IMG/VR virus record: IMGVR_UViG_3300045988_117662
Coordinates: 16,448-80,447 of that record
Reading direction: 5' to 3' (one strand)
DNA from: a virus
DNA: 64,000 bases
Below, one piece after another: positions 1 through 12,100 of this stretch. The position numbers and the translations under genes were made by a program. Under the pieces are notes generated by a model. It ran no database searches. It was not told the origin of the DNA and worked only from the letters and a program-made list of their open reading frames with translations. Numbering within the stretch: the stretch's first letter is position 1; every line of letters begins with the position of its first letter.

Positions 1-288
1 TCTTTTTAGAACGTTTAGAAAAATGGTGAAGACCTTGTTCGGTTCCAATGTCAGGTCGTTTTTGAATAGCTGTCTGATGTCTGTTTCAACAGAAGAGGTT
101 TTAACCAAATCTATGAAGAAAATAGTTTCCAAGACGGTGCTGTTTTTGTACAGGAAAGCGCTTAAGAACTATCGTCGGGCATGTGGCCTTAAGTATGATC
201 CTGATTCTGGTGGTTTGTCTGTCGTACATGATTGATTTTTAAACGTATCCCATAACGTTGGATTTTCTCGTTCGTTTCTCTTATCTTT

Positions 289-3096
289 GTGAAAAAAGAT
301 GGTATGAGATTACGAATCATAAAAAATCGTCCGGTATTCGCTCCTGGTGGTAGTGTTCAGGATGTTACACAACAGGCTGATACGACATCTAATCCATATA
401 TTGATATGGATATGTCCAATGTTCCTGGTATGAGTGAGATAAATTCGGAAATAGATATGATGGAGGCTGGATTTGACAATATTATAGGTCCTGACTATTC
501 TACTATAAAAATGCAAGAACCTTCTATTCCGACTATGAATGTAAGTAATAACAATATATTCGATCCTAAGTCTATGCCCAAAGGAACTATTGTTAGTGCT
601 GATAAAGAAGAAAATCAATCAAATGAAAAGCGATCACAAGACGGGAATCCTCTGGATCCTATGACTGTTCCTTATTATTCTCCTGATCTTGGAGGTCGGG
701 CTCAAATGTTCGGTACAAGTCTTGGTCGGATAAGAGCCGGTAATAAGGTTGGTGCTAATGTGGCTCAGGCCGCTTTTTCGGGATTGAGTCTTGGCATGGG
801 TCTTGCTCGTAATATTATGGGGGCTTCATCTGCTGCGTATGCAGCCAGTAGGGACGAGCAGGCGGCGAGGGAAAAGCTTGCAAAAGAGCGCCGGCAGCAG
901 TTTATCCGATGGGAACGTGAAGGTGGTGGAATAAACCTGGGTAATGGACAGAGAATAGATTCTTCTGATTTGACAGGAGAATACATTTACCCTCTTCCTA
1001 AATCTATGGAGGGTAATGCCAATGTTGAGATAGAAAAAGGGGAATATGTTTTAACTCCGGATGATGTTGGTCCTATGGAGGCAAAAGGTAACAGGCATGA
1101 AGACGGCGGCACTCCCGTTGATTTACCCGAAGCTCATATTATTTCAGATTACCGTACTATCGATGATGATTTTGCTTCTTACGTAAGGGAAAATTATGGC
1201 ATTAGAGCTACGGAAAAAGATACGTATGCTACGCTTCTTGATAGGTATAAGAAAAAAATAGGATTGTCTGAAAAGTATGATGATCAGGAACGTGTTTTCA
1301 AGAGGTTGGAAAAGAATAAGGATGTTAAGGATAAAAACACTTCTGAGTTGAATAAGTCCATTCTTTCCAAGTACGTAAATGATAATCAAAAGGAAATAGA
1401 CGAACTTGAGGCACAATTCAGATCTTTTGCTGATATTGTCTATAACAAGCAAGAGGAATCCAAGCGCCAAGAAAAGATAGATACTTTCTTTAGAGATGGC
1501 GGAAAAGTCGATTTAAATGCTGTAAGAAAACAGGCTAAGGCTCTTAACATATCTGAATCTGATGCTAAAAATTGGATATACGATGAGTATGTAAGGAGAG
1601 TTAGAAAAATGGCTGAAGGCGGCCCTACCAAAGAACAGATAGAGTGGGGTAAGAAAGTACAGCAGCTTTTAATGAAGCAGTTTGGACGTGCTCTTAATAT
1701 GTCTATAGTGGATGTTGCGGACAGAGAACAGATTCTTAATCCTGATTCTGGTGTAAATTCTAATCAAAACCTGCAACACAGAAGTAGTGCCGGTTATGGT
1801 AGGGTAAATAACAAGGCTATTTCTAATTTGCTTGATATTAACCGCTGGGCTAATAAATACAATACAGATGGTGATTTTAATACAGAAGGATTCCAGACCG
1901 GATACAATAGCCAACTAAATAACCTATGGGCTTTGGCGGAATCAGGTGCTATAGCCAATGCCGAGAAAGCTAAGAAATTTAGAGACGAATACGGATTTTG
2001 GGGAGAAGATGCCGGTAAGTATGATCAAGGAAGTAAATCGGCATATAACTCATTTGCCGTAGATGACAAATTTGGACAAACTACGGCAACCAGATCATTT
2101 TATGGATTGGATGTAGTTACTCCTGAGCAAAAGAGATTATTAAACGAAAAAGGGATAAAGAATTATGTTGACTTATTTGGTGATAAATCTGATGCAGCTA
2201 AGAAGATTCTGGGTGCCGATTATAATAAGTTTGCTGCTTTAAAAGATAGCGGTTTGATGTCAGAAACAGACTTTGTTTTAGAAGCTGTAAACCCAGCATC
2301 AAAACCTATAGAAGCTGAACCTGTAGGAACCGATTCTAAATTTCCCAATCCAGGTTCTCCAGGCAGGATAGAAGTGAAGAAAGAAAATCCTGTTATTAAT
2401 ACTACTGTAGAAACGGAAACCGAGGAAGAAGATGACACAAACAGAAGCAAAGGCATCGGCCCTGCTTTATCAGGCCCTATATTCCCTGAGATGTTGAGGA
2501 TGCTTGATACCGGATTAGAGATAGAGGGATTGGAAAGGCATCAGGCTCCGAGAATAGATCCGGTTCTTCAATCTGCTGATCAGTATATCAACGAGCTCAA
2601 CCGCGCGACATCGGCTCAGTTGGACACAATAGGTGACGTGCCCGACTCCCAGCGTTCCGCTATTCTGGCTAATATGAACGCCATAGCTGGAAGCAATATA
2701 GCCAAGTACGTTAATGAAGTAAATTTCAATAACGCAAGGCAAATAAACGAAGCTGATAGATTCAATGAAATGGCTTATGTTCAAACAGATGATAAGAACA
2801 TAGCGGAAAGGCAACGTTATGAATCCGGATTGTTGAAGGCTATGGCTATAAGGGATGAAAATCTTGCTCGTTATTATGACAGTATAAACAGCGAGATACA
2901 GAATAAGTTTAATGTTCGAACTTCATTAAATACCATAGCTTCCATAGCTCCTAATATGAGAATGCTTCCAAGTGGTCAAATTATTTACGTTCAAGGTAAT
3001 CAGGATGTGATGAATATGGGTGATTATTCCACACCTTACTTGAGAAGTTTAAATGAAGAAGATGATGAAACTAAAAGAAGAAGGAGGACCAAATAG
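289..3096 (+). CDS. large phage virion/ejection-type protein (935 aa), function unknown
   Basis: Long uninterrupted ORF. It is first of a co-oriented giant-gene operon. It has Gly/Ala-rich hydrophobic stretches (GANVAQAAFSGLSLGMGLARNIMGASSAAYAA) and a charged coiled-coil-like middle. No catalytic motif was recognised. Confidence 0.6.
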   Translation: MKKDGMRLRIIKNRPVFAPGGSVQDVTQQADTTSNPYIDMDMSNVPGMSEINSEIDMMEAGFDNIIGPDYSTIKMQEPSIPTMNVSNNNIFDPKSMPKGTIVSADKEENQSNEKRSQDGNPLDPMTVPYYSPDLGGRAQMFGTSLGRIRAGNKVGANVAQAAFSGLSLGMGLARNIMGASSAAYAASRDEQAAREKLAKERRQQFIRWEREGGGINLGNGQRIDSSDLTGEYIYPLPKSMEGNANVEIEKGEYVLTPDDVGPMEAKGNRHEDGGTPVDLPEAHIISDYRTIDDDFASYVRENYGIRATEKDTYATLLDRYKKKIGLSEKYDDQERVFKRLEKNKDVKDKNTSELNKSILSKYVNDNQKEIDELEAQFRSFADIVYNKQEESKRQEKIDTFFRDGGKVDLNAVRKQAKALNISESDAKNWIYDEYVRRVRKMAEGGPTKEQIEWGKKVQQLLMKQFGRALNMSIVDVADREQILNPDSGVNSNQNLQHRSSAGYGRVNNKAISNLLDINRWANKYNTDGDFNTEGFQTGYNSQLNNLWALAESGAIANAEKAKKFRDEYGFWGEDAGKYDQGSKSAYNSFAVDDKFGQTTATRSFYGLDVVTPEQKRLLNEKGIKNYVDLFGDKSDAAKKILGADYNKFAALKDSGLMSETDFVLEAVNPASKPIEAEPVGTDSKFPNPGSPGRIEVKKENPVINTTVETETEEEDDTNRSKGIGPALSGPIFPEMLRMLDTGLEIEGLERHQAPRIDPVLQSADQYINELNRATSAQLDTIGDVPDSQRSAILANMNAIAGSNIAKYVNEVNFNNARQINEADRFNEMAYVQTDDKNIAERQRYESGLLKAMAIRDENLARYYDSINSEIQNKFNVRTSLNTIASIAPNMRMLPSGQIIYVQGNQDVMNMGDYSTPYLRSLNEEDDETKRRRRTK

Positions 3097-6000
3097 TGGC
3101 TTCACAGTATAGTATTTTAAGGCAATATGCCCCGTATGTTAGTCCTTACAACATAGATCTTGTTAAGGACGTTATGATGTACAAACAGCAGAAGGTTGAT
3201 GCTGCTCGTGAAAAGATCTATACCCAGGTAGATTATCTTATGGGTCAAGAGATAGATAAGCCTGAAGCCCGCGCTTATATGGAAGATAAGATGTCAGGTG
3301 TGATTGCTAACATCAATCAAAAATTCAAAGGCGTGGATCTTTCTTCTGATGGTGTTACAAGAGCCATACAAGGAGAGATTAGCTCGGTGTTGGATGATAC
3401 GGTCATTAACGCTATTGCCGGCACAAAAGAAGGCAAGAGGGTTATGAAGGAAATAGAATCTCTAAAACAGAATCATCCTGAGCTTTATTCCCCTATTAAT
3501 GAATGGCATGCTTTGGACCCTTATTACAAATGGAGGTCAGATGGTAAAGCAGGATCAAGGTTAGGAGGTCTTCATTATTCTCCTTATGTCGATTATACTA
3601 AGGAGATAAATAAGCTGGTCAGTGACTTTAGGAAAAATAATGAAGGCAAGAAGATTCAGACAACAGAATATGATGTTAAAGGTAATCCTACTGGTGGAAT
3701 CATAGAAGTCAACGTAGATGAGCTTACTGATTCCCAGATAAGGAATTTTGTGTCTGCTAACTTATCTGAAAACATGAGGAATCAGATGAGAATAGAAGCA
3801 TCATATATGGCAGCCACCAATCCGGTGTTCAGTAATCCGGATTTGGTTAGTCAATATATTGGGTCTTATGTCGAAAGATACGATAGACACATAGGAGCAT
3901 TGGAAGCGAAAAAGAAATCAGTAGGGGATAATAAGGATATTATTGATCGTATTGATAGTCAGATACAGGAAGCTAAAAATCAGAAAGCAGAAGCCAAGAG
4001 GGAGGCAGATATGATAATAGCTTCATCGGATCCGGTAGCGGCCGCTAATTTTGTTGTTACCAATAATCTTTTCGATAAGATGACTGATGCATGGAGATAC
4101 GACAATACAAGTTTTGAAAGGAAGAAAGATGATCTTTATTTTGCAAGGTTGGCAGAGGATAGGGATCAGCAAAAGTTTTTGACTGACAATGCTAAGTCTA
4201 TGGTTGAAATATCGTTGGCAAAAGAGCAACTTGCTCAGGCTAAGATTGAAACCGAATACATGCGTACTTACGGTTCCAAGATGGGTACTGAAAGCTCATC
4301 CGGAGGCACAAGAGGAGCAGGCGGTGTAGGAGTGCCGATGGCTCCTATGGACGGGCCTACGGCTATCAATTCCAGAACGGGTAAGATTGGGTCTATTAAT
4401 TTGGCTAATATCCCTTATGAACAACTCACATCCTCTTCCACGGAGCGTAGAGCAAATTTATTGAAATTATATAATTCATTATCTCCTACAGATAGAAGCA
4501 ATATCATTGCAGCATCATACGAAGAAGAAAAGTCTGATCCTGGTTTGTATGCTAATATGACTCCTGAAGAACGGATATATTTTTATTTAAAAAATAATGG
4601 AGGTCAGAAAAACGGATATTTCGGACAAGGCAATAACAGATTATCTGAAGCTTATGATGCTTTACTTCTTTCTGATTCTAAGGCAAATGGAGCCACAAAA
4701 GCTATAAATGACATAACTGATTATCAAATAGATAATATAGTTACTGAAAAAAATAAGGATATTATCAGGAAAGTTCGTAATGCTAAGTTTATGAAAGGAA
4801 ATTCTTTTATAAATCTTACCGATACAGATGATAAGGCTGGAGCTTTCCTGCTCGCTACAGCTATAACAACTGGTGTATCTGATGCCGTAGGGTTTAGAGA
4901 GTACATGATGGACCCTTCAAGAGGCATAGATATTCTTAGTGCTATATCTCCGTCATTAGGAGCTAAGGCGAGTGCCGGCAAGTTAGGGAAAAACATATCT
5001 GATGCTATTACAAGCGAGGATAATGGTTCTTCTACTGGTACGTTGGCTCTTATTAATGGAATGAAGAAACTGAATGGCGATCCTGATTTTAATATATCTG
5101 ATTATATGACCATAGATAAGGACGGTGATATAGATCTAAAAGATTATCAGGAAGGGGAGCCATTGACTATTACCCAGCTAAGATATGCTGAGAAAAATAG
5201 TAGGGTATCTGATATGATAGCGGGTCAGATGCAGGATGAGATAAAAATGTCTGTATCTCCTGATCAGATTTCTGATAAGTTATCTCAGCATCATTACCTT
5301 GATTCTTACAAAAGATACAATTGGAATGCCGATTCACCGGAAAAGTCTTTGCAGAAGGCTCAGTTTAGAAGATTGTCTGGTTACATGGCAGGAAAGGTAA
5401 ACAATCTGGATCCTACTGCTATTAATACCATCAATATGGATGCCGAGATAGATAATGGCACTGTCAGAAGATTTTTGACTGCTCAAGTAGGGTCTGGTAA
5501 AAACTCTTATGTTACAGAAAGGGTTGAGATTACGAATGATGAACTTCTTAAGGCAGGTATAGATCCTTCGGTTGAGGAGCGTAATTATCCGGTGGATGGT
5601 TACAAATCAAGTTTTGGAACCTGTGATTTTGTAGATACAGGAAAGAAGGAAGGTTATTCTTATGATAAGTATCTTATACGTAATGGCCTTCCCCGTTTGG
5701 CTTCTAAGGCTGATGTTAAGAATGATCTTTATGATATAGTAAAGGTTCACGGTTCTTACCTTAAGCCAGAAGAAATGAATGTTGTTAAAACCCTTGTTGA
5801 TAATTTTATTGACATGTCTGATAACATATCAGTTCAGTTGGAAGGAATGGATGATAGGGGTTCGAGAGAAGTAGCGGTCAATTTCTATGACAAAAGGACT
5901 AAAAATTCTAAAAATCCTGCATTGTTGTTCTCAGATTTTGTTCCTTTGGATCCGGGTAACGATGAGTATGCGGATTACTGGAATAGCATTCACCAGAAGT

Positions 6001-6155
6001 GTCCTCAGTACTTCTTTGTAAAATACGTGAAGGAGGCTGTTCAAGAACGTCTTGATCAGATGAGGGATCCGTATATGAGAGGAATAAATATCACGCCCAA
6101 CATGAATGATAAGTTTAGTAAGTTGAACTATTTTTTGCAGAAAATTTATGGCTGA
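3096..6155 (+). CDS. large phage virion/ejection-type protein (1019 aa), function unknown
   Basis: GTG start overlaps the upstream stop (TAGTG at 3094-3098), which implies translational coupling. It has a Gly-rich segment (SSSGGTRGAGGVGVPMAPMDG). Confidence 0.6.
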   Translation: MASQYSILRQYAPYVSPYNIDLVKDVMMYKQQKVDAAREKIYTQVDYLMGQEIDKPEARAYMEDKMSGVIANINQKFKGVDLSSDGVTRAIQGEISSVLDDTVINAIAGTKEGKRVMKEIESLKQNHPELYSPINEWHALDPYYKWRSDGKAGSRLGGLHYSPYVDYTKEINKLVSDFRKNNEGKKIQTTEYDVKGNPTGGIIEVNVDELTDSQIRNFVSANLSENMRNQMRIEASYMAATNPVFSNPDLVSQYIGSYVERYDRHIGALEAKKKSVGDNKDIIDRIDSQIQEAKNQKAEAKREADMIIASSDPVAAANFVVTNNLFDKMTDAWRYDNTSFERKKDDLYFARLAEDRDQQKFLTDNAKSMVEISLAKEQLAQAKIETEYMRTYGSKMGTESSSGGTRGAGGVGVPMAPMDGPTAINSRTGKIGSINLANIPYEQLTSSSTERRANLLKLYNSLSPTDRSNIIAASYEEEKSDPGLYANMTPEERIYFYLKNNGGQKNGYFGQGNNRLSEAYDALLLSDSKANGATKAINDITDYQIDNIVTEKNKDIIRKVRNAKFMKGNSFINLTDTDDKAGAFLLATAITTGVSDAVGFREYMMDPSRGIDILSAISPSLGAKASAGKLGKNISDAITSEDNGSSTGTLALINGMKKLNGDPDFNISDYMTIDKDGDIDLKDYQEGEPLTITQLRYAEKNSRVSDMIAGQMQDEIKMSVSPDQISDKLSQHHYLDSYKRYNWNADSPEKSLQKAQFRRLSGYMAGKVNNLDPTAINTINMDAEIDNGTVRRFLTAQVGSGKNSYVTERVEITNDELLKAGIDPSVEERNYPVDGYKSSFGTCDFVDTGKKEGYSYDKYLIRNGLPRLASKADVKNDLYDIVKVHGSYLKPEEMNVVKTLVDNFIDMSDNISVQLEGMDDRGSREVAVNFYDKRTKNSKNPALLFSDFVPLDPGNDEYADYWNSIHQKCPQYFFVKYVKEAVQERLDQMRDPYMRGINITPNMNDKFSKLNYFLQKIYG

Positions 6156-9100
6156 CAATAATATAGATAGATATAATCCTGCTGCTAAAACCACTTACGA
6201 AGATGTGGCAAGGCAAAGGAAATTAGCCGAAGAAGAGAATTACACTCCGGCTACATTACCAGAGACGACAACGCCTCTGGTTCCTAATTATATGCCTGGT
6301 GAAGGTGTGTATGCCCAACCTAAATTTCCGGATTACGCATCAAGGATAGCTGCTGCCGAATACGAAGAACCGTATATAGCCAAGGAGATAAGCAACAGCT
6401 ACTCAGAGGCACTGGCTCGTAACAGCTACAGGGGGGCTACACCTGCCCCGCCGCCTCTTAATCCCTATGGACCGAAGGTAAGTATCCGTGAAAGTCATCA
6501 GATGGGTAATGATGGGGTATGGCGTACAAAATATCCCAACTATATCCCGGGTATAAACAATGAGGATTATTATGCCAGAAGACAGAGTGGATGGAGTAAG
6601 TTTTGGAATGGTGTAGGTAAATTCGCTTTAAAGTCAGCATTGTACGGTGCGCAAGGAGTCGTGTCATTGCCTGACAAACTTATCAATATGGCATCTGAGG
6701 GAAGTTACAAAGCTGCGTTAAACACTAACATGGATAAGTTTGTAGGTGATCTTGACCAGCAAATAGACATGCTTCTTCCCCATTATTACAGGAAAGAGGT
6801 AGAAGATTATAATTTCGGTCAGAAGCTTTTTAAGGATACCGGTAATTTCTTATGGAATGACGTCCTTGGTAATGGAATGTCTTTTACTGTAGGAGCCATG
6901 ATATCAGCGTACATGACCGGAGGACTGGGAGTTGGTTCATTAGGTAATATAGGCGCCAAATTAGGCGGAAGAATCGGAGCTAAGTTAGTAGCAAGGCAAG
7001 CTGCCAATAGGGGCATAGGAAGCCTTAAAAGTGTGTTTAATGACTATGTAAGAAAAGGAGTTGCTACCGGAAGAAATGTAGGGGAGGCGGCTAAGACCAT
7101 GACGCTGTTGGCTACCAGTGCCGGATTCGAATCATCGGTTGAGGCAAATTCTTTTATGAAGCAATCCGAGTCTGATTTCAAGGATTATTATCGTAAGATT
7201 TATGGTCGTGATCCTAATGCAGAGGAAATGGCTGTTTTTCGTAATTCTAATGCTGATGTAGGTAGTGCAATATTTGCTGCCAATATGGGTATAGTAGGAT
7301 TATCTAACTGGCTTCTTTTTGGCAAGTATATAGGTTTAGGAGGCAAGGCTATACCAGGGTTGGAAAAGAAACTTAATAAGCATTTATTTGGATTAGGGAC
7401 GGAAGTTGCGAAGCCGGGAGAGATGGCTATTAAAATAACTAATCCCAATATAGGGCAGAAGATAGCGGGTAATGTTTTCAATATCATGAAAAGACCTGTG
7501 TCCGAAGGCTTATGGGAAGAAGGGTCTCAAGGTGTTGTACAGAATACGGCTGAAGAATATGTTAAGTCAAGATATGACAATGTGGCTATGAACGGAGCCG
7601 TCGATGTTCTTGATGCTATTTCTGAAGGATTTAAAAAGCAATATACATCTAAAGAAGGGTGGACTGAAATAGGAATCGGTGCTATTATCGGTTCTTTGTT
7701 CGGTATGAGGGAAGGCTTCTTTGGAGTGAAAGAGTATAGTAATAGTCGGATATTGCTGGAAAGGCAAGTAAATGAATATAACAAAGCATCTTCTAATCTT
7801 AATACGGCGGCTTTGAATACGTTGAAAAAGTCAATGAGTTTAGGGCCTCAAGTTCGTTCCGATGCTCAGTCTATGACCGGCAAGGAGCTTGATGATGCTA
7901 TGTTTGAAAAGATGTCTATTGACAACCAAATGGGAACCTTAGAGGATTCGGCTGAAAATTTCAGGCAGATGATTGATATGATGCCTATTTCAGAAATAGC
8001 CGAAGCTAACGGAATGTCTTTGGAAGAGGCAAAGAAATACAAGGATTCTATTATTGATAATTATAACAATCGTCTTTCTGATTTCAGATCTGCCCAGAGT
8101 TTTGCCGAAGATCTTATAGGTGATGACTCTAAGATCGAATTTAGAAAATACGTAGCTCGTAATGCCTTCCTTGGACTTCAATCAGAATCAAGGATGAAAG
8201 ACATAGCTTCTGTCATAGAAACGCTTTCGGGGCAGCCTCGCGTGGCGGATGCGCTAAGTACGTTTTCCCGGCTGTCGGGCAGGGCGAGGGAGCGGGCTAT
8301 GGCTATTCGTGGCATACGGTCAAGAATAGAAGAACTTGAATCCGAAATAGAAGATCTTGCCACCCGTCCCCGTAACGTAGATGGAAAAGACCCACAAGCT
8401 GAGTCCATACAACGAAAAACCAGAGAATTGGAAGATCTTAGAACCAATTACAATAATTCGTTGTCTGAGTTATCAACGTTAATAGGAAAAGAGTTTTCGA
8501 TAGAAAAGTTGGTAAGTAAAACCGAATCTGTTTTATCATCTCCTCTTTCTCCCATAAGTTCACAAGATGTAATAGAAGCCTATGATACTCTTGTGGCTTT
8601 TGATGATTATTTTAATGTAAAATCAAGACAGGAAAAGAAGTTTACAGCCAAAGACAAAGCCATGAGATCCTTGGTAAATGAATACCGTAGGAGTTTGATG
8701 GACTATAGGAATATGAATAATTTCTTGTCTAAGATGCTTGATAAAAGATTCTTAGCTGAGGAAAACAGGGGATTTTCAAAAGCGCTGTCTTCTCTATGGT
8801 CTACTCCTTATAAGGGGGATGACAAGGTTCCTGATTTTGCAGAGCCTAATAAAGTCGGTGAATATGACACTGATGAGGTAGTAGATCAAGCTGTGTCAGA
8901 AGGTAAGATTTCGGAAGACGAAGCTTGGACTATTAAAGCATTTATGCATGCTCTTGATAAAGTAAGAGAAGATAGGATGAAGGAAGTGGAAGATAATATA
9001 AAAGAGTCACCGCTTACGGAGTCTGTATCAGATGAAGATTATGAGGCTGCTATGGATAATCCTATTATGGTTCCGGTAGTAAGGCAGTCTATAATTGATA

Positions 9101-12100
9101 AATTATATACAGGAAATGCTGATCTTCTTACTGCGAGAGAAAAAGATGTGTATGATAAATACAAACAAGATTTTGATGATTATGTGTCGTCTTTAGGTGA
9201 CAGCCCTATTAATCTCATAAAATCATTATCTGAAAAGGCTGACAGACTTACAAGTCCGAGATCAGTATATGAGGAAAATAAAGCTATTATTGATATGGCT
9301 AAATCCAATTTAGAACCAGATCAAAGGCAGGAACTTGATGATGCTATTTCTTCGTATGTGGATATAATGAACAGACGGGACAAAGGGGAGAAAGTTGACG
9401 AAGATAAGCTTGCTGATTCGGTATTTACCATAGAAGATCTTGGCCAGGTTGGAAACATCACGGATCTCCTTCCTTATGTTGAACAAAACAGGATTATTGA
9501 CAAAGGTCGTATCTCTGAATCTACGTTGAGTAATTTTGGGGAAGATGATGCTAATATAGATTCTCTTGTAAATGAGTTAGATGAATCCGATAATACGTCA
9601 GGAGCCAATATAGATAGCGCCCAAAATCCAGAAACGTTGATGGTTAGAAGAATATCCAACGATGGCAACGAAAGGTATGAAATTGCGGGTCTTAGAGCCG
9701 ATAAATTTATATCTTCTATAAAATCATTGGTTCCTATTCAAATAAGTTTTGAAACGAACGCTAATGGCACTAAAAGATACTTCCTTAACATAGGTGGAGA
9801 AACAGCTACTATAATGGAACTGCCTTATCATGCGAGATGGTCTATAGACAAAGAATCGGCTCGTATTCTCAACCGTTACACAGATGTGTCTATTCAGGAC
9901 GTGGGTAATTCATATTCTTTGGTTTATAAGCGTCTTGATTCAGACGAATTGGTTCCGTACAGAACAGGTGTTGGGTTCGGAGAGAATGAGGTAGATAAAA
10001 TAGATCAGGAAGCATTATCTTCTTTGAAAAAAGGAGATAAGGTTAATCTCGAAATAGATGTAAATGATACTTATAATCAGTCTCTTTTTGCCGAATACAA
10101 TGACGCTGTTCAGTCCGGCGATAAAAAAAGAATAGAATCTGCTGAGAATAAACTGGTGTCCAATATGGTTATCAAGGTCATGAGTGGGAACAGATTCGTT
10201 TCTGTTGTAAAAGCTGATACGGGAGGCATAGATGGTATAAGTAAAATAAGAAGAACGGCTTTTAACAAGTGGAAGAAGGACGCCGGCCGGTCGGCTACCA
10301 TCGGCGTCGGCACGCATGTTGTTGCCCAGACCCTTCCCGGAAGACCGGTGTTTAACATGAAGGTGAACGGTCAAGGATATGGCCAGGTAGAAAATCTCCC
10401 CATTACCGAAAAAGGTGCTGAAAAAGTATCTGATGTCGGATATGTATTAAATGGCAAAGTCGTGCTTAAGAACGGATCTAAATACACAGGCTTCCCATTT
10501 GCTTATTCTATATTAAATGACAAGGGGAATAATTACAAAAATGTAAGAGTTCCGGTAGTTGTCATCAAAGGTAAAAACGGTCTTAATTATCTTTTCCCAG
10601 TTAGCCTACGTTCTGTAGAATCAGAGGAAGGGCAGAAATGGATGTCTTCTATAGATATGCTGCTTGAATCTGGTGATTCTGAATTGCTACAGATGGGTCA
10701 AGATGATATACAAGATCTTAATGCGTATCTAACCAAGTTAGGCCTTGATCCGGCTTCGTATCAAGTATCGTATTTGAATCCTATTTCAGGGCTTAGAAAA
10801 GCTCGTGAGGCTATAGAAGAATTATCTACAGTTCCTGATGTTGTTAAGTGGGTAGAAGATGGAAGTAGGAGTGTGAAAGACATTGTGACGTCTGAAGTAG
10901 AATCTGGAATAGATTTCGAAGGTGAGATGTTTGTCGCTCCTAAGATCAGGATTCAGTTTGGTAAATCATCTTCCAGACCTAAGTCGCTTATAGAGGATGA
11001 TCTTCCTTTCTCTGATGAGGGTAAGATCGTTACTTCTAAAGAAGACGTGGATGTTTATGAAGAGGAAATGTCAGAGGAAGGGGCTGTCCGGGAGACTCAG
11101 CCGGCGCCATTAGCTCAGCCGGCTTCTGCGACACAAGCTATGCAGTCTTTACCTGGCAAGAAGCGCACCTCCAGGAAAAACCTCTCTCTTATGTTAAACG
11201 AAATAGAATCTCATATAGAAAAAGAAGGATTGCCGCCTTATGCTAATATTTTTGATTTTATAGCAAGGAAGATTGTAGGAGGTGATTTGAGATTTCTTCG
11301 TGAGAGAGGTAATCCTAAAAGTCTTAAGGAGGAAATGGGATTAGAACCTAAAGGAACAGTAGGTGATAAAATATCCACTCCTTCCAGTAAAGGTGGTAAG
11401 ACTTTAGAAGAATACGTTTCTTGGCTTCGTTCTCAAACAGATCAGGTGGTGGTTGATTATGTTGGGCCAAGATCTGACGAACAAATTATATCAGAGTTGA
11501 AAAACTTTTTGAAATATATTAATTTTGTTCCAAGTAAGGCTTTAAATTATTCTCTTAGAGTCAATGGCATGGATACCCTAAAAGAATATGGCACAAAAGA
11601 GGAAGTAGAAAAAATGGAATCTGATATCAATAGTTTGGTTTCTAAAGTTTTGCCTACGGTGGATAATAAAACTGTAGAAGATGTTTCTACTGCAATAAAA
11701 TCAAACAACTTGCCTGCCATATGGGAGCCCGTGGAAAGCCTTGATATGACAAACGAGGAAAAAATAGAGTTTTTGAATAACGTAGCAGATTTCCTTAGCG
11801 GCATACCAGAGTATGATGCTGTCGTGGAGTCTATAGAGTCAGAATCAGATAATATTTTAAATGATGGAAAAGAAGGAAGTGCAGAAGGCGGTGCAGTACG
11901 CACTGAGGAAGATGGCGATAAAAAGGGAGATGGAGAAGGCAAAGGACAATCCAGAACAAATGTCGAAGTTGAAAGAAATGTCGAATTACCTGGATCTGAA
12001 GAAGGAAGAGTAGATAACTATAGGAAGAACGGAGATAAGTTCTCTGACATTGCTGAAGTTACTTTATGGCTACTTAGAAGGGCTGCCGGCATAACCTCTA

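Noticed and set aside
23-235. 70-aa ORF at the left edge
   Set aside because: It is short with no recognisable motif, and its context is cut by the window edge. It could be a small gene but cannot be supported.
5110-5140. DKDGDID in the 1019-aa protein, as a possible RNAP DxDGD catalytic motif
   Set aside because: The flanking sequence (YMTIDKDGDIDLKDYQEGE) looks like an acidic Ca-binding loop. It does not look like the NADFDGD context of DPBB polymerases, and no second DPBB signature was seen.
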